IMG/VR virus record: IMGVR_UViG_3300039368_000086
Span: 1 to 13,305 of that record
Length of the DNA stretch: 13,305 nt
DNA from: a virus
Taxonomy: Duplodnaviria; Heunggongvirae; Uroviricota; Caudoviricetes
Reading direction: 5' to 3' (one strand)
Below are positions 1 to 7,623 of the stretch, in pieces. Under the pieces are notes generated by a model, which was not told the DNA's origin, did not search any database, and worked only from the letters and a program-made list of their open reading frames with translations. Position 1 is the stretch's first letter, and the number at the start of each line of letters is the position of its first letter. The translations under genes were made by a program, and so were the position numbers.

Positions 1-252
1 CTGATAGAAACAGAAGCCACTGGAGCACCTCAAAAACACCATCATACACTAAATCAGTAAGTTGGCAGCATCACCGGCTGGCAGCAGTCGGCAGGTGCAA
101 GGGCTGAGCTGGCACTGGCGGAGAAACTGGGCCATGCGGTGATTTTTCAGGAGGTGGGCAGTGAATATTGACCCGGCGATAACGATTGATATGGCCCTGA
201 ACACCGGCCTGGCACTTCTTGGTTATTTCTACATCATGTTCTGCAGCGGACG

Positions 253-441
253 ATGGCTGTCACTGTTGTTCAAAAATGGAATAAACGCCGTAAGCAGGAG
301 CAACGCCAGAAGGCAATGGATGCATTTTTCGAAGCCTTCGGGATTGACAGCATGGAACCAGGGGATCCAGCTCGCGTAATTAGCAGAGGTGACGTTGTAA
401 TTCTTGTATACCGGAATGAAGAGAAAAATGAGCGAGATTAA
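253..441 (+). CDS. Hypothetical small basic/acidic phage protein (62 aa; alternative start at 320)
   Basis: ORF with protein-like charged composition; stop overlaps the start of the next gene by 14 nt. Start ambiguous; it competes with the GTG-initiated ORF 161..379 in another frame. Confidence 0.3.
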   Translation: MAVTVVQKWNKRRKQEQRQKAMDAFFEAFGIDSMEPGDPARVISRGDVVILVYRNEEKNERD

Positions 442-1051
442 CTATCAGGTACTGCGTGAAAAGGCAGAGAAAGCAACTAAAGGAAGCTACATCGTAGGGC
501 ATACATCTGTTAACCAACACGGCAATTTAACAGGAGTTTTTGTTTGTCAAAAATGGAAAGGAGAACCCGGTGGCGTGATTGCGGAACGTCATGTTAACTG
601 CCTGATTGAAACAGATGCTCAGGCTTATGCAAACGCTGAGTTCATAGCAGAGGCTAACCCGGCTACCGTGCTGGCACTGCTGGATGAACAGGAAAGAAAC
701 CAGCAATACATCAAACGCCGCGACCAGGAGAACGAGGATATTGCGCTTACGGTTGGGAAGCTGCTCGTTGAGCTTGAAGCAGCAAAATCAAAACTCAACG
801 AGCAGCGCGAGTATTACGAGGGAGTTATCTCTGATGGGTGCAAGCGTATTGCTGAACTGGAAGCGCGGGAAGTTCAATTACCGACTCGCTACGACCTTCG
901 ATATGGACACCCGATAAATGCAGATGAGCGACATGTCATGATACCTAAAGAAAATGGCAGTTGGCTTTACCTGATTGACCTGGAACACGCATTACGCGTC
1001 GCTGGCATTCGCATCAAAGGAGAGGAGCATGGAAATAAAACCAGAGGATGA
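428..1051 (+). CDS. Ead/Ea22-like phage accessory protein (coiled-coil)
   Basis: ATG at 428 gives N-terminus MSEINYQ...; central motif AEFIAEANPATVLALLDEQE and a coiled-coil tail resemble the lambdoid Ead/Ea22-like family (from memory, not searched). The upstream ATG at 404 is less likely. Confidence 0.55.
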   Translation: MSEINYQVLREKAEKATKGSYIVGHTSVNQHGNLTGVFVCQKWKGEPGGVIAERHVNCLIETDAQAYANAEFIAEANPATVLALLDEQERNQQYIKRRDQENEDIALTVGKLLVELEAAKSKLNEQREYYEGVISDGCKRIAELEAREVQLPTRYDLRYGHPINADERHVMIPKENGSWLYLIDLEHALRVAGIRIKGEEHGNKTRG

Positions 1052-1385
1052 GTTAAGCAATATCGTTTTATTTCCGGTAAAAGAGGATGACCCTCGTAAT
1101 CAGGTTAATTTTCTTTATGAGCCATCGGAAAGACCATATTGTCATCACGCCTCTGTCCGGGTTGACGAAAAAGAGCGTCAGGTCCGCTGTAAAATCTGCG
1201 GTGCAGTTGTGGAACCATTTGACTGGATGCTCTCTGTGGCGAAAAGAGAAACCAGACTGGCAGATGATGTAAGGCTCTTGCGTCAGGAGGAGCGGGAAAG
1301 GCGAAAAAATATAGAAAAGCTAATTCAGATTGAGCGTAACGCGAAAGCGCGGATACGCAGGGCGACAAAATCCAGAACTGAATAA
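1029..1385 (+). CDS. Hypothetical phage protein with putative zinc-ribbon (CHH...CKIC) and a basic C-terminal tail
   Basis: ATG at 1029 preceded by AAGGAGAGGAGC ribosome-binding site; overlaps the upstream gene by 23 nt (coupling); C-x-H-H ... C-x2-C motif; Arg/Lys-rich C-terminus. Confidence 0.55.
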   Translation: MEIKPEDELSNIVLFPVKEDDPRNQVNFLYEPSERPYCHHASVRVDEKERQVRCKICGAVVEPFDWMLSVAKRETRLADDVRLLRQEERERRKNIEKLIQIERNAKARIRRATKSRTE

Positions 1386-1478
1386 TTAAATTTAGCTCTG
1401 TTAAAAATTTAATCCTTAACCGGAGGGATTTCTGCACCCTCAGAACATCAGGAGGCCGCCCGAAAGGGCGGTAGTTAA

Positions 1479-1661
1479 ATGCGAAAGTTTAAAATAATTA
1501 TTGAAACGGGAATAGCCGGTGGAGATTTCGAGGATGAATTCGAAGTGGATGATGATGCGACGCCTGATGAAATACATGACGAAGCAAAAGATATTTTCTT
1601 TAACTACTGCAATTACTCATATCACGAAATAAAAGACGAAGAGGAAGAGCAAAATGGCTGA
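1479..1661 (+). CDS. Small highly acidic protein (60 aa, about one third Asp/Glu)
   Basis: ORF follows an AGGAGG (1450-1455) plus GAAA-tetraloop hairpin (1456-1471); 20 of 60 residues acidic by manual count. Confidence 0.5.
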   Translation: MRKFKIIIETGIAGGDFEDEFEVDDDATPDEIHDEAKDIFFNYCNYSYHEIKDEEEEQNG

Positions 1662-1830
1662 TTTTGGTTCAACTAAATACAACGTCAGTTTTGAAGCATG
1701 GCATGAACTGTTAATGGACTATGCAGAGTTACGTGGTGGCAGTGCTGCTGATGCTGAAGCATGGCGTGATGATTATGAAGCAGGAAAAACTCCGGTCGAA
1801 GCATATTGTGATGAGTGGGGCGATGAATGA
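1654..1830 (+). CDS. Small acidic protein (58 aa), not in the supplied ORF track (below length cutoff)
   Basis: ATG at 1654 with GAGGAAG 6 nt upstream; hand translation MADFGSTKYNVSFEAWHELLMDYAELRGGSAADAEAWRDDYEAGKTPVEAYCDEWGDE; 8-nt overlap with the upstream gene and ATGA overlap with the downstream gene. Confidence 0.5.
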   Translation: MADFGSTKYNVSFEAWHELLMDYAELRGGSAADAEAWRDDYEAGKTPVEAYCDEWGDE

Positions 1831-2141
1831 GCGAGATTAATTATCAGGAAGGGCATGAAACGGCAGGGCAGGCAAAACCAGTTGCATGGCGATATCGCTA
1901 CGTGAAAAAAGGCGTTACGGACTTTCAGGAGAATCTGTGGGTTGGTGACTGGAAATATGTACCGACAAAAGAGGATTGCAACGACAGGCCGAACTATGAA
2001 ATTCAGGCCTTATTCGCTGCCCCGCCAGTTCCGGTGACATCAGAAGAACTGGTTAAAGCTGTGCACTTTTATGAACAACTAAAACGCGAAAATCCACCAG
2101 CATCCGGAAACCTGATTACAGATTCCCAGATAAGGCAATGA
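1827..2141 (+). CDS. Hypothetical phage protein (104 aa) sharing the MSEINYQ N-terminus with the Ead/Ea22-like gene
   Basis: ATGA start/stop overlap with the upstream gene; first 21 nt are 20/21 identical to the gene start at 428. Confidence 0.55.
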   Translation: MSEINYQEGHETAGQAKPVAWRYRYVKKGVTDFQENLWVGDWKYVPTKEDCNDRPNYEIQALFAAPPVPVTSEELVKAVHFYEQLKRENPPASGNLITDSQIRQ

Positions 2142-2311
2142 GCTACCTGGCGCAGAACGGGCTGATAAGTATGGGGAATATTTTGCGATGAATATTTAGA
2201 CTAAAGAGTTTGTAACGCTATGTAAGTGATTTTTTCTGGTTTAGATATTTATATGTCCGGCCAAATTGAGGTGTGTTTAAATGTTATTGCACATTGATTG
2301 TAGGGGGAATA

Positions 2312-2491
2312 ATGAAAAACGCATTGCAGTTTTTGTTTGTTGCGTTCTGGTTGTTCGCATCATGTATGCCCATCATCTTCACAGCAAGGTATATGGAAAA
2401 AGTTGATGTTTTGATATTAATGTTTGGACATATAAATGCCCTTTTTTTAGGGGTGTTCATGGCGGTCATGTGCATTGAATACTGGCGGTAA
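2312..2491 (+). CDS. Small hydrophobic (membrane) protein, about 59 aa
   Basis: ATG at 2312 preceded by AGGGGGAA; sequence MKNALQFLFVAFWLFASCMPIIF... is predicted two-TM-like; an alternative GTG start at 2273 exists. Confidence 0.35.
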   Translation: MKNALQFLFVAFWLFASCMPIIFTARYMEKVDVLILMFGHINALFLGVFMAVMCIEYWR

Positions 2492-2750
2492 ATACAGCGA
2501 ACGCCATTGGTTTAGTTGGATATTTACTGTGCCGGACAAAAACGGTTTGCGGGGAAATCTTAGTTAAGTAGAATGACTGCGGGTGCTTGAGGCTATCTGT
2601 CTCAGGCATGAACACTGAAAGGCAGATAGAGAAAAGCCCCAGTTAACATTTCGCGTCCTGCAAGACGCTTAACATTAATCTGAGGCCCAATCTATGTCTC
2701 ACAAATGTAGGTTAGCCTCTTACGTGCCGAAAGGCAAGGGGAAGCAGGCT

Positions 2751-2906
2751 ATGAAGCAGCAAAAGGCGATGTTAATCGCCCTGATCGTCATCTGTTTAAC
2801 CGTCATTGTGACGGCACTGGTAACGAGGAAAGACCTCTGCGAGGTACGAATCCGAACCGGCCAGACGGAGGTCGCTGTCTTCACAGCTTACGAACCTGAG
2901 GAGTAA
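2751..2906 (+). CDS. hokD: Hok/Gef-family membrane toxin (HokD/RelF-like, 51 aa)
   Basis: Translation MKQQKAMLIALIVICLTVIVTALVTRKDLCEVRIRTGQTEVAVFTAYEPEE matches my recollection of HokD/RelF; an in-frame upstream extension (2694) of 70 codons has mok-like length; structured leader upstream and a 3' hairpin at 2914-2936. Confidence 0.85.
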   Translation: MKQQKAMLIALIVICLTVIVTALVTRKDLCEVRIRTGQTEVAVFTAYEPEE

Positions 2907-2975
2907 GAGACCCGGCGGGGGAGTAATCTCCCGCCACCTCTGATGTGCCAGGCATCCTCAACGCACCCGCACTTA

Positions 2976-2995
2976 ACCCGCTTCGGCGGGTTTTT
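2976..2995 (+). terminator. Rho-independent terminator (CCCGC-TTCG-GCGGG + T5)
   Basis: Perfect 5-bp GC stem with TTCG loop followed by TTTTT, seen directly in the sequence downstream of hok. Confidence 0.6.
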
Positions 2996-3007
2996 GCATT
3001 AGTCTGG

Positions 3008-3036
3008 TTGACAAAAATAGAAAAATGCGAAAATAT
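3008..3036 (+). promoter_or_regulatory. Candidate sigma70 promoter for the 3072-4806 cassette (TTGACA -35, 17-nt spacer, weak AAATAT -10)
   Basis: Consensus TTGACA at 3008-3013; the -10 matches only 3/6, so this is tentative. Confidence 0.3.
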
Positions 3037-3071
3037 GTGGTTTACGAATTCTAAAAAAAGCGAAACTTGAA

Positions 3072-3722
3072 ATGAATGAAAATCAGTTAGCTCCTTGTTG
3101 GGAATTTCAACCTTATCTTGCTGAAAACTATGTTCGCCACTTGTTGGCGGAGATCGCTAACGTACTTGAGCAGCTGTACTATCATAAGCACGCATTAGAC
3201 AGCAACTGGTCTGAAGGTGTAAGGGCTTATGATTGGGTCAGAAATCATCTTATTCAAAATGAAGATGCAATTCCTGGCCTTGAGATGATTTCCAAGGGGT
3301 TGGACTATGTAGTTGCTTTAAATAAAGTTCCGCTACAATTTACCAAAGATTGCATTAATAACCCCAAAAAGAAACATCGTCTGCGTCGAAATAAAGTAGA
3401 GTATGAGCAGCTCTCATTGTTTGGTGATGTTGAGGCTGAGCAAGATATTACATGGCGAGTCATAGCTGAGCCTTTTTTATCCGAAGAGGGCGATGGTGAA
3501 TTAGAGTCCACACTGCCTCGTTGGGAGGTAGCTCTTGTTGGATTTAATACTTATGGTGCTCAGATTAGTATAGTTTCTCATCAATCTACAGCATCGATGC
3601 CGCTTATGCCTCTTGATTATAACACACTCCCTGACGAAGCGGAGATTAATAAGGTGCCTCTTCGTCGGCGTACGAAGGATAAAGATTTGGATGTGAGCAG
3701 TGATGGAACATCAGGTGAATAA
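3072..3722 (+). CDS. Hypothetical protein (216 aa), upstream partner of the HTH-peptidase; no family recognised
   Basis: Long ORF in an AT-rich segment, translationally coupled (about 20-nt overlap) to the downstream gene; weak ribosome-binding site. Confidence 0.65.
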   Translation: MNENQLAPCWEFQPYLAENYVRHLLAEIANVLEQLYYHKHALDSNWSEGVRAYDWVRNHLIQNEDAIPGLEMISKGLDYVVALNKVPLQFTKDCINNPKKKHRLRRNKVEYEQLSLFGDVEAEQDITWRVIAEPFLSEEGDGELESTLPRWEVALVGFNTYGAQISIVSHQSTASMPLMPLDYNTLPDEAEINKVPLRRRTKDKDLDVSSDGTSGE

Positions 3723-4806
3723 CTTCACTGAGTATCGGGGTGATAAGCTCAAACTAGCGAGAATGGCTGTTGGGCTTTCTTGTGAAGAGTTAGCCGAAAA
3801 AATTGGCAAGACAAAGCAATTCGTTAGCAAACTGGAGAAGGGGTGCAGGCCATCGGAGCAATGTCTTGAGTTAATATCTTCAGCGCTTATGATTAAGTCC
3901 AGTTTTCTTTTTACTGAACGAAAATACGCTCTGGAAAGTGATGTCTGCCATTTTCGGAGTAAGAAGTCCAGGACTCAAACGCTGACTAATAGTGTATTGG
4001 CCAGGGCTGAGATTCTTAATATTATAATTTCTGCTGTTGAAGGTGAAATCGAATTTCCTGACGTTAACATACCGGAGCACCCAGGGGCTGAATTACTTAC
4101 TCCGAATGATATTGAGCGAGTGGCAGAAGATTGTCGCCGTGCCTGGAATTTAGGTCTTGGCCCTATATCATCAATGGTTAAATTGGCGGAGAGTTTAGGG
4201 GTAATCGTTGCGCATGTTACGGGAGTCGATGATCGTGTTGATGCTTTTACTGTTCACAATAACAGGCCTGTTATCATCAGGAACAATGTTAAAAAAAGCA
4301 TATGTAGATTTCGCTCTGATTTAGGTCATGAATTAGGGCATTTAGTAATGCATGAGGGCATAACGACAGGTGATAAACTTACGGAATCACAAGCCGATCA
4401 CTTTTCGAGCGCCTTATTAGTTCCCAGGTTATCTTTCATTAAAGAATTTCCACGAATACGAGGTAAGCAATTCGACTGGAATGCTCTGGTTGAATTTAAA
4501 CTTAGATGGAAAATCAGCCTTAAAATGTGTATTTATCGAGCCAGCGCATTAGGCTTATTGACCCAGGAACAGGCAAGAACTGGCTATATGCATCTTAATT
4601 CCAGAGGGTATACGAGAGTTGAACCTGGTGATGAACTTTTGCGCCCTGAAGAACCCGGCATGCTGGCCGAGGCGATTGAAATGCTGGATGATGCAACCTG
4701 GCTAAGAATTCTTATGAAAACTGGCTTGAGCCAAGATTTAATTCGTGAGTTGTTCTCCATCAACAGACCTATTACAAATCCAAGAAATATTTTCCAGATT
4801 GTTTGA
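3703..4806 (+). CDS. HTH_XRE DNA-binding domain fused to ImmA/IrrE-family (M78, COG2856) zinc metallopeptidase
   Basis: N-terminal helix-turn-helix signature (LKLARMAVGLSCEELAEKIGKTKQFVSKLEKG); HEXXH zinc-binding motif in DLGHELGHLVMHEG; 367 aa. Confidence 0.85.
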   Translation: MEHQVNNFTEYRGDKLKLARMAVGLSCEELAEKIGKTKQFVSKLEKGCRPSEQCLELISSALMIKSSFLFTERKYALESDVCHFRSKKSRTQTLTNSVLARAEILNIIISAVEGEIEFPDVNIPEHPGAELLTPNDIERVAEDCRRAWNLGLGPISSMVKLAESLGVIVAHVTGVDDRVDAFTVHNNRPVIIRNNVKKSICRFRSDLGHELGHLVMHEGITTGDKLTESQADHFSSALLVPRLSFIKEFPRIRGKQFDWNALVEFKLRWKISLKMCIYRASALGLLTQEQARTGYMHLNSRGYTRVEPGDELLRPEEPGMLAEAIEMLDDATWLRILMKTGLSQDLIRELFSINRPITNPRNIFQIV

Positions 4807-4810
4807 GTAT

Positions 4811-4831
4811 ACCCGCTTCGGCGGGTTTTTT
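4811..4831 (+). terminator. Rho-independent terminator, near-identical copy of the one at 2976-2995
   Basis: ACCCGCTTCGGCGGGTTTTTT; a 20-nt core is shared with the terminator after hok. Confidence 0.65.
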
Positions 4832-4850
4832 GTTTTTATTTTCAACGTGT

Positions 4851-4880
4851 TTGAAGTTTTGGACGGTGCCAGAATAGAAT
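4851..4880 (+). promoter_or_regulatory. Candidate sigma70 promoter (TTGAAG -35, 18-nt spacer, TAGAAT -10) upstream of 4916
   Basis: Motifs read directly; followed by strong ribosome-binding site GGGAGAAGAGGG and ATG 4916. Confidence 0.35.
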
Positions 4881-4915
4881 CAAAAATACTTAAGTAGCGC
4901 GCAGGGAGAAGAGGG

Positions 4916-5137
4916 ATGGACCCCGAACAGGGGGAGTGCTATTTATCTGGAAGGATTCTGTTGATGAAAATCGAAGAATTACGTGAAATTTTTAGTGAAG
5001 ATGGCCTCTATGCTGTGCGCGTTGAGAATGGGGGTATTACCTACACAGCGTTAATTCCTGATGATCATGTAGTGTTATCTGTTGAGGCATTCATTGAATA
5101 CTTGGAAAGACTCGGTTTCAAGGTAGTTCGGGAATAA
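4916..5137 (+). CDS. Hypothetical small protein (73 aa; alternative start 4966)
   Basis: Strong ribosome-binding site before 4916; no recognisable motif. Confidence 0.45.
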   Translation: MDPEQGECYLSGRILLMKIEELREIFSEDGLYAVRVENGGITYTALIPDDHVVLSVEAFIEYLERLGFKVVRE

Positions 5138-5196
5138 GTTATAATACGTGAGCCAGCCTGAACAACTGGCAACCTGCAGCGCCATTGGAGATGACA

Positions 5197-5469
5197 ATGG
5201 CGCATAATTTCAAATTTCGCAATTCTGATTCTGCCTTTGCCAGCAGGCACGGGTGGCGTTCTCACGCATTCAAATATGACTGGTATCAGCACGATCCCTG
5301 TACTGAAGAACAGGCCGAATGGCTGATTCATAACTACCGCAGACGTGGATATGAGTTTAGGAAAGCCCTCACCCTCGATTATCGTCACTGGATAATCTAC
5401 GTCAGACTCCCTTATTCCGAACGCCCACCGCGTCCGTCCCGCACATTCCAGCAACGCATCTGGAGGTAA
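5197..5469 (+). CDS. Hypothetical phage protein (90 aa)
   Basis: GGAG 6 nt upstream of ATG 5197; stop TAA is embedded in the ribosome-binding site of the DUF968 gene (coupling). Sits where Qin-type prophages carry the small gene preceding ydfU. Confidence 0.5.
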   Translation: MAHNFKFRNSDSAFASRHGWRSHAFKYDWYQHDPCTEEQAEWLIHNYRRRGYEFRKALTLDYRHWIIYVRLPYSERPPRPSRTFQQRIWR

Positions 5470-5470
5470 C

Positions 5471-6517
5471 GTGCGGGTATTACTTCGACCTGTTCTGGTA
5501 CCGGAACTCGGGCTGGTGATCGTTAAGCCGGGCCGTGAATCCATGCCGGTATTCCACAATACCCGGGTACTGGTGGAGCCGGAACCGAAAAGCATGCGTA
5601 ATCTGCCGTCCGGGGTCGTTCCTGCCGTTCGCCAGCCGCTGGCGGAGGATAAATCATTACTGCCATTTTTCAGCGACGAACGAGTGATTCGTGCTGCTGG
5701 TGGCGCTGGCGCATTGTCTGATTGGTTACTGCGCCATGTTAAATCCTGCCAGTGGCCACACGGCGATTATCACCACAGTGAAACCGTCATTCACCGTTAT
5801 GGTACCGGCGCAATGGTGTTGTGCTGGCACTGCGACAACCAGCTGCGCGACCAGACCTCCGAATCACTCGGGCAACTTGCTCACCAAAACCTGTCTGCAT
5901 GGATGATTGACGTCATACGCCATGCAATGAATGGCTCGCAGGAACGGGAATTATCGCTGGCTGAATTATCCTGGTGGGCGGTCCGCAATCAGGTGGCGGA
6001 CGCGCTACCGGAAGCGGTATTACGTCGTTCGCTGGGGTTGCGTGCGGAAAAAATCCGCTCAATGTACCGTGAAAGCGACATCGTACCGGGAGAGCAGACC
6101 GCCACCAGCATACTGAAGCAGCGCACAAAAAATCTTGCGCCGCTGCCTCACGCCCACCAGCAAAACCCGCCACAGGAAGAGACGGTGGTCAGCATTGCCG
6201 TTGATCCTGAGTCTCCGGAATCTTTCATGAAACGACCTAAACGTCGCCGCTGGGTTAACGAGAAATACACACGCTGGGTGAAGACACAGCCGTGTGCGTG
6301 TTGTGGTAAGCCAGCCGACGATCCCCATCACCTGATTGGTCATGGTCAGGGCGGAATGGGGACAAAATCTCACGATATTTTCACGCTACCGCTGTGTCGG
6401 GAGCATCACAACGAGCTTCATGCGGATCCTCTGGCGTTCGAAGAAAAGCATGGTTCTCAGGTTGATTTAATTTTTCGTTTTCTTGATCACGCCTTTGCAA
6501 CTGGCGTGCTTGGGTAA
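5471..6517 (+). CDS. DUF968-family (YdfU-like) phage protein with C-terminal HNH/zinc-finger-like motif
   Basis: GTG start with GGAGG ribosome-binding site; C-terminal CACCGK...DPHHLIGHGQGG...CREHHNELH motif; 348 aa, close to the size of Qin prophage YdfU; located just upstream of rusA/Q. Confidence 0.75.
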   Translation: MRVLLRPVLVPELGLVIVKPGRESMPVFHNTRVLVEPEPKSMRNLPSGVVPAVRQPLAEDKSLLPFFSDERVIRAAGGAGALSDWLLRHVKSCQWPHGDYHHSETVIHRYGTGAMVLCWHCDNQLRDQTSESLGQLAHQNLSAWMIDVIRHAMNGSQERELSLAELSWWAVRNQVADALPEAVLRRSLGLRAEKIRSMYRESDIVPGEQTATSILKQRTKNLAPLPHAHQQNPPQEETVVSIAVDPESPESFMKRPKRRRWVNEKYTRWVKTQPCACCGKPADDPHHLIGHGQGGMGTKSHDIFTLPLCREHHNELHADPLAFEEKHGSQVDLIFRFLDHAFATGVLG

Positions 6518-6529
6518 AAGAGGTGACTG

Positions 6530-6889
6530 ATGCTCATAGATTTGGTTTTACCTTACCCGCCGACGGTGAACACTTACTGGCGACGCCGTGGCAGCACATA
6601 TTTTATCTCGGAGGAGGGAAAGCGTTATCGCCGGGCTGTGGCGCTTATTGTTCGCCAGCAGCGGCTGAAATTAAGCCTGTCCGGAAGGCTGGCGATAAAG
6701 GTGATTGCAGAGCCACCGGATAAGCGCCGCCGCGACCTGGACAATATCCTGAAGGCACCACTGGATGCGCTGACGCATGCCGGACTACTTATAGACGACG
6801 AGCAGTTTGATGAAATCAATATTGTGCGCGGTCAGCTCGTTCCTGGTGGGCGGCTGGGGATAAAAATCACAGAACTGGAGTGCGCATGA
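6530..6889 (+). CDS. rusA: Crossover junction endodeoxyribonuclease RusA (Holliday junction resolvase)
   Basis: 119 aa; conserved PDKRRRDLDN and GGRLGIKITE motifs matching the RusA family; canonical position before Q. Confidence 0.9.
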   Translation: MLIDLVLPYPPTVNTYWRRRGSTYFISEEGKRYRRAVALIVRQQRLKLSLSGRLAIKVIAEPPDKRRRDLDNILKAPLDALTHAGLLIDDEQFDEINIVRGQLVPGGRLGIKITELECA

Positions 6890-7575
6890 ATAACCAGTAT
6901 TTACAGTTTGTGCGTGAGCAGCTCATTATCGCCACCGCTGATTTGAGTGGGGCAACAAAAGGTCAGCTTGAAGCCTGGCAGGAGAATGCCATGTTCGATA
7001 CAGGGCGTTACAGGCGTAAAAAAATCCGGTACCGCGATGAAGTGACCGGAAAAATGATAACGCGGGATAATCCACCAATCCCGGGAAAACAATCGCTGGC
7101 GAAGGGGACGTCAATTCCTCTGGTCAGTCAGGTTGCTTTTTCTACATCATCATGGCGGCGGGCTGTTTTGTCTCTTGAAGAACATCATAAAGCCTGGTTG
7201 TTGTGGTGTTACAGCGGAAATACTTGCTGGGAGTATCAGATCGCGATAACGCAGTGGGCATGGACAGAATTTAAGACTCACTCTGGTACCAGGAAAATTG
7301 CAGGGAAGACACAGGAACGCCTGAAAAAATTAATCTGGCTGGCTGCACAGGATGTCAGGAGATGGGTTATAGGACATGATATCTACCAGCAACAGGAGCT
7401 TGCCCGTCTGTGTGGGATTAAGCCTGACAACTGGAGCCACAATTATGTGAGCTACTGGCGTGAAATACTCGACATTTTTATGAACCTCGATACCGAATCT
7501 CTGATTTGCACTGTGAAAAGGAGATCTCAACAAAAAGCGGCATTTTTGCAGCGAGATATTGCAAAAGTCAATTAG
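6886..7575 (+). CDS. Late-gene antitermination protein Q (phage 21/82/Qin-type Q family)
   Basis: ATGA overlap with the rusA stop; 229 aa; immediately followed by a PR'-like promoter and a short-transcript terminator. Family assignment is mainly positional. Confidence 0.7.
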   Translation: MNNQYLQFVREQLIIATADLSGATKGQLEAWQENAMFDTGRYRRKKIRYRDEVTGKMITRDNPPIPGKQSLAKGTSIPLVSQVAFSTSSWRRAVLSLEEHHKAWLLWCYSGNTCWEYQIAITQWAWTEFKTHSGTRKIAGKTQERLKKLIWLAAQDVRRWVIGHDIYQQQELARLCGIKPDNWSHNYVSYWREILDIFMNLDTESLICTVKRRSQQKAAFLQRDIAKVN

Positions 7576-7587
7576 ATAGCATATATT
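7559..7587 (+). promoter_or_regulatory. Candidate late promoter PR' (TTGCAA -35, 17-nt spacer, TATATT -10) overlapping the 3' end of Q
   Basis: Motifs read directly; predicted start near 7594 would give a roughly 55-nt RNA ending at tR'. Confidence 0.35.
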
Positions 7588-7623
7588 TTATGTAAATGTG
7601 ATATATTGCTGTAAAGTGTATAA

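Noticed and set aside
161-379. GTG-initiated 72-aa ORF with a strong AGGAGG ribosome-binding site
   Set aside because: Overlaps the 253..441 ORF in a different frame, so both cannot be genes. Its C-terminal half looks low-complexity and non-protein-like. Not fully excluded, since its ribosome-binding site is the stronger of the two; the first 250 bp remain ambiguous.
404-427. Upstream ATG start for the Ead/Ea22-like gene
   Set aside because: ATG 428 gives the MSEINYQ N-terminus that recurs at gene 1827 and has a purine-rich stretch upstream; 404 would add eight residues with no ribosome-binding site.
684-1272. Alternative-frame ORFs inside the Ead-like and zinc-ribbon genes (77 and 61 aa)
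   Set aside because: Nested in other frames of better-supported genes; no ribosome-binding sites.
1105-1437. 110-aa minus-strand ORF
   Set aside because: Antisense to the zinc-ribbon gene 1029..1385, which is coupled to its upstream gene and has a strong ribosome-binding site.
5065-5595. 176-aa minus-strand ORF
   Set aside because: Antisense shadow of well-supported plus-strand genes (4916..5137, 5197..5469 and the DUF968 start); no ribosome-binding site; composition dominated by Ser/Thr/Arg from complementary codons.
5691-6373. Several internal ORFs on both strands within the DUF968 gene
   Set aside because: All nested inside or antisense to the 348-aa DUF968 ORF; GC-rich region produces spurious open frames.
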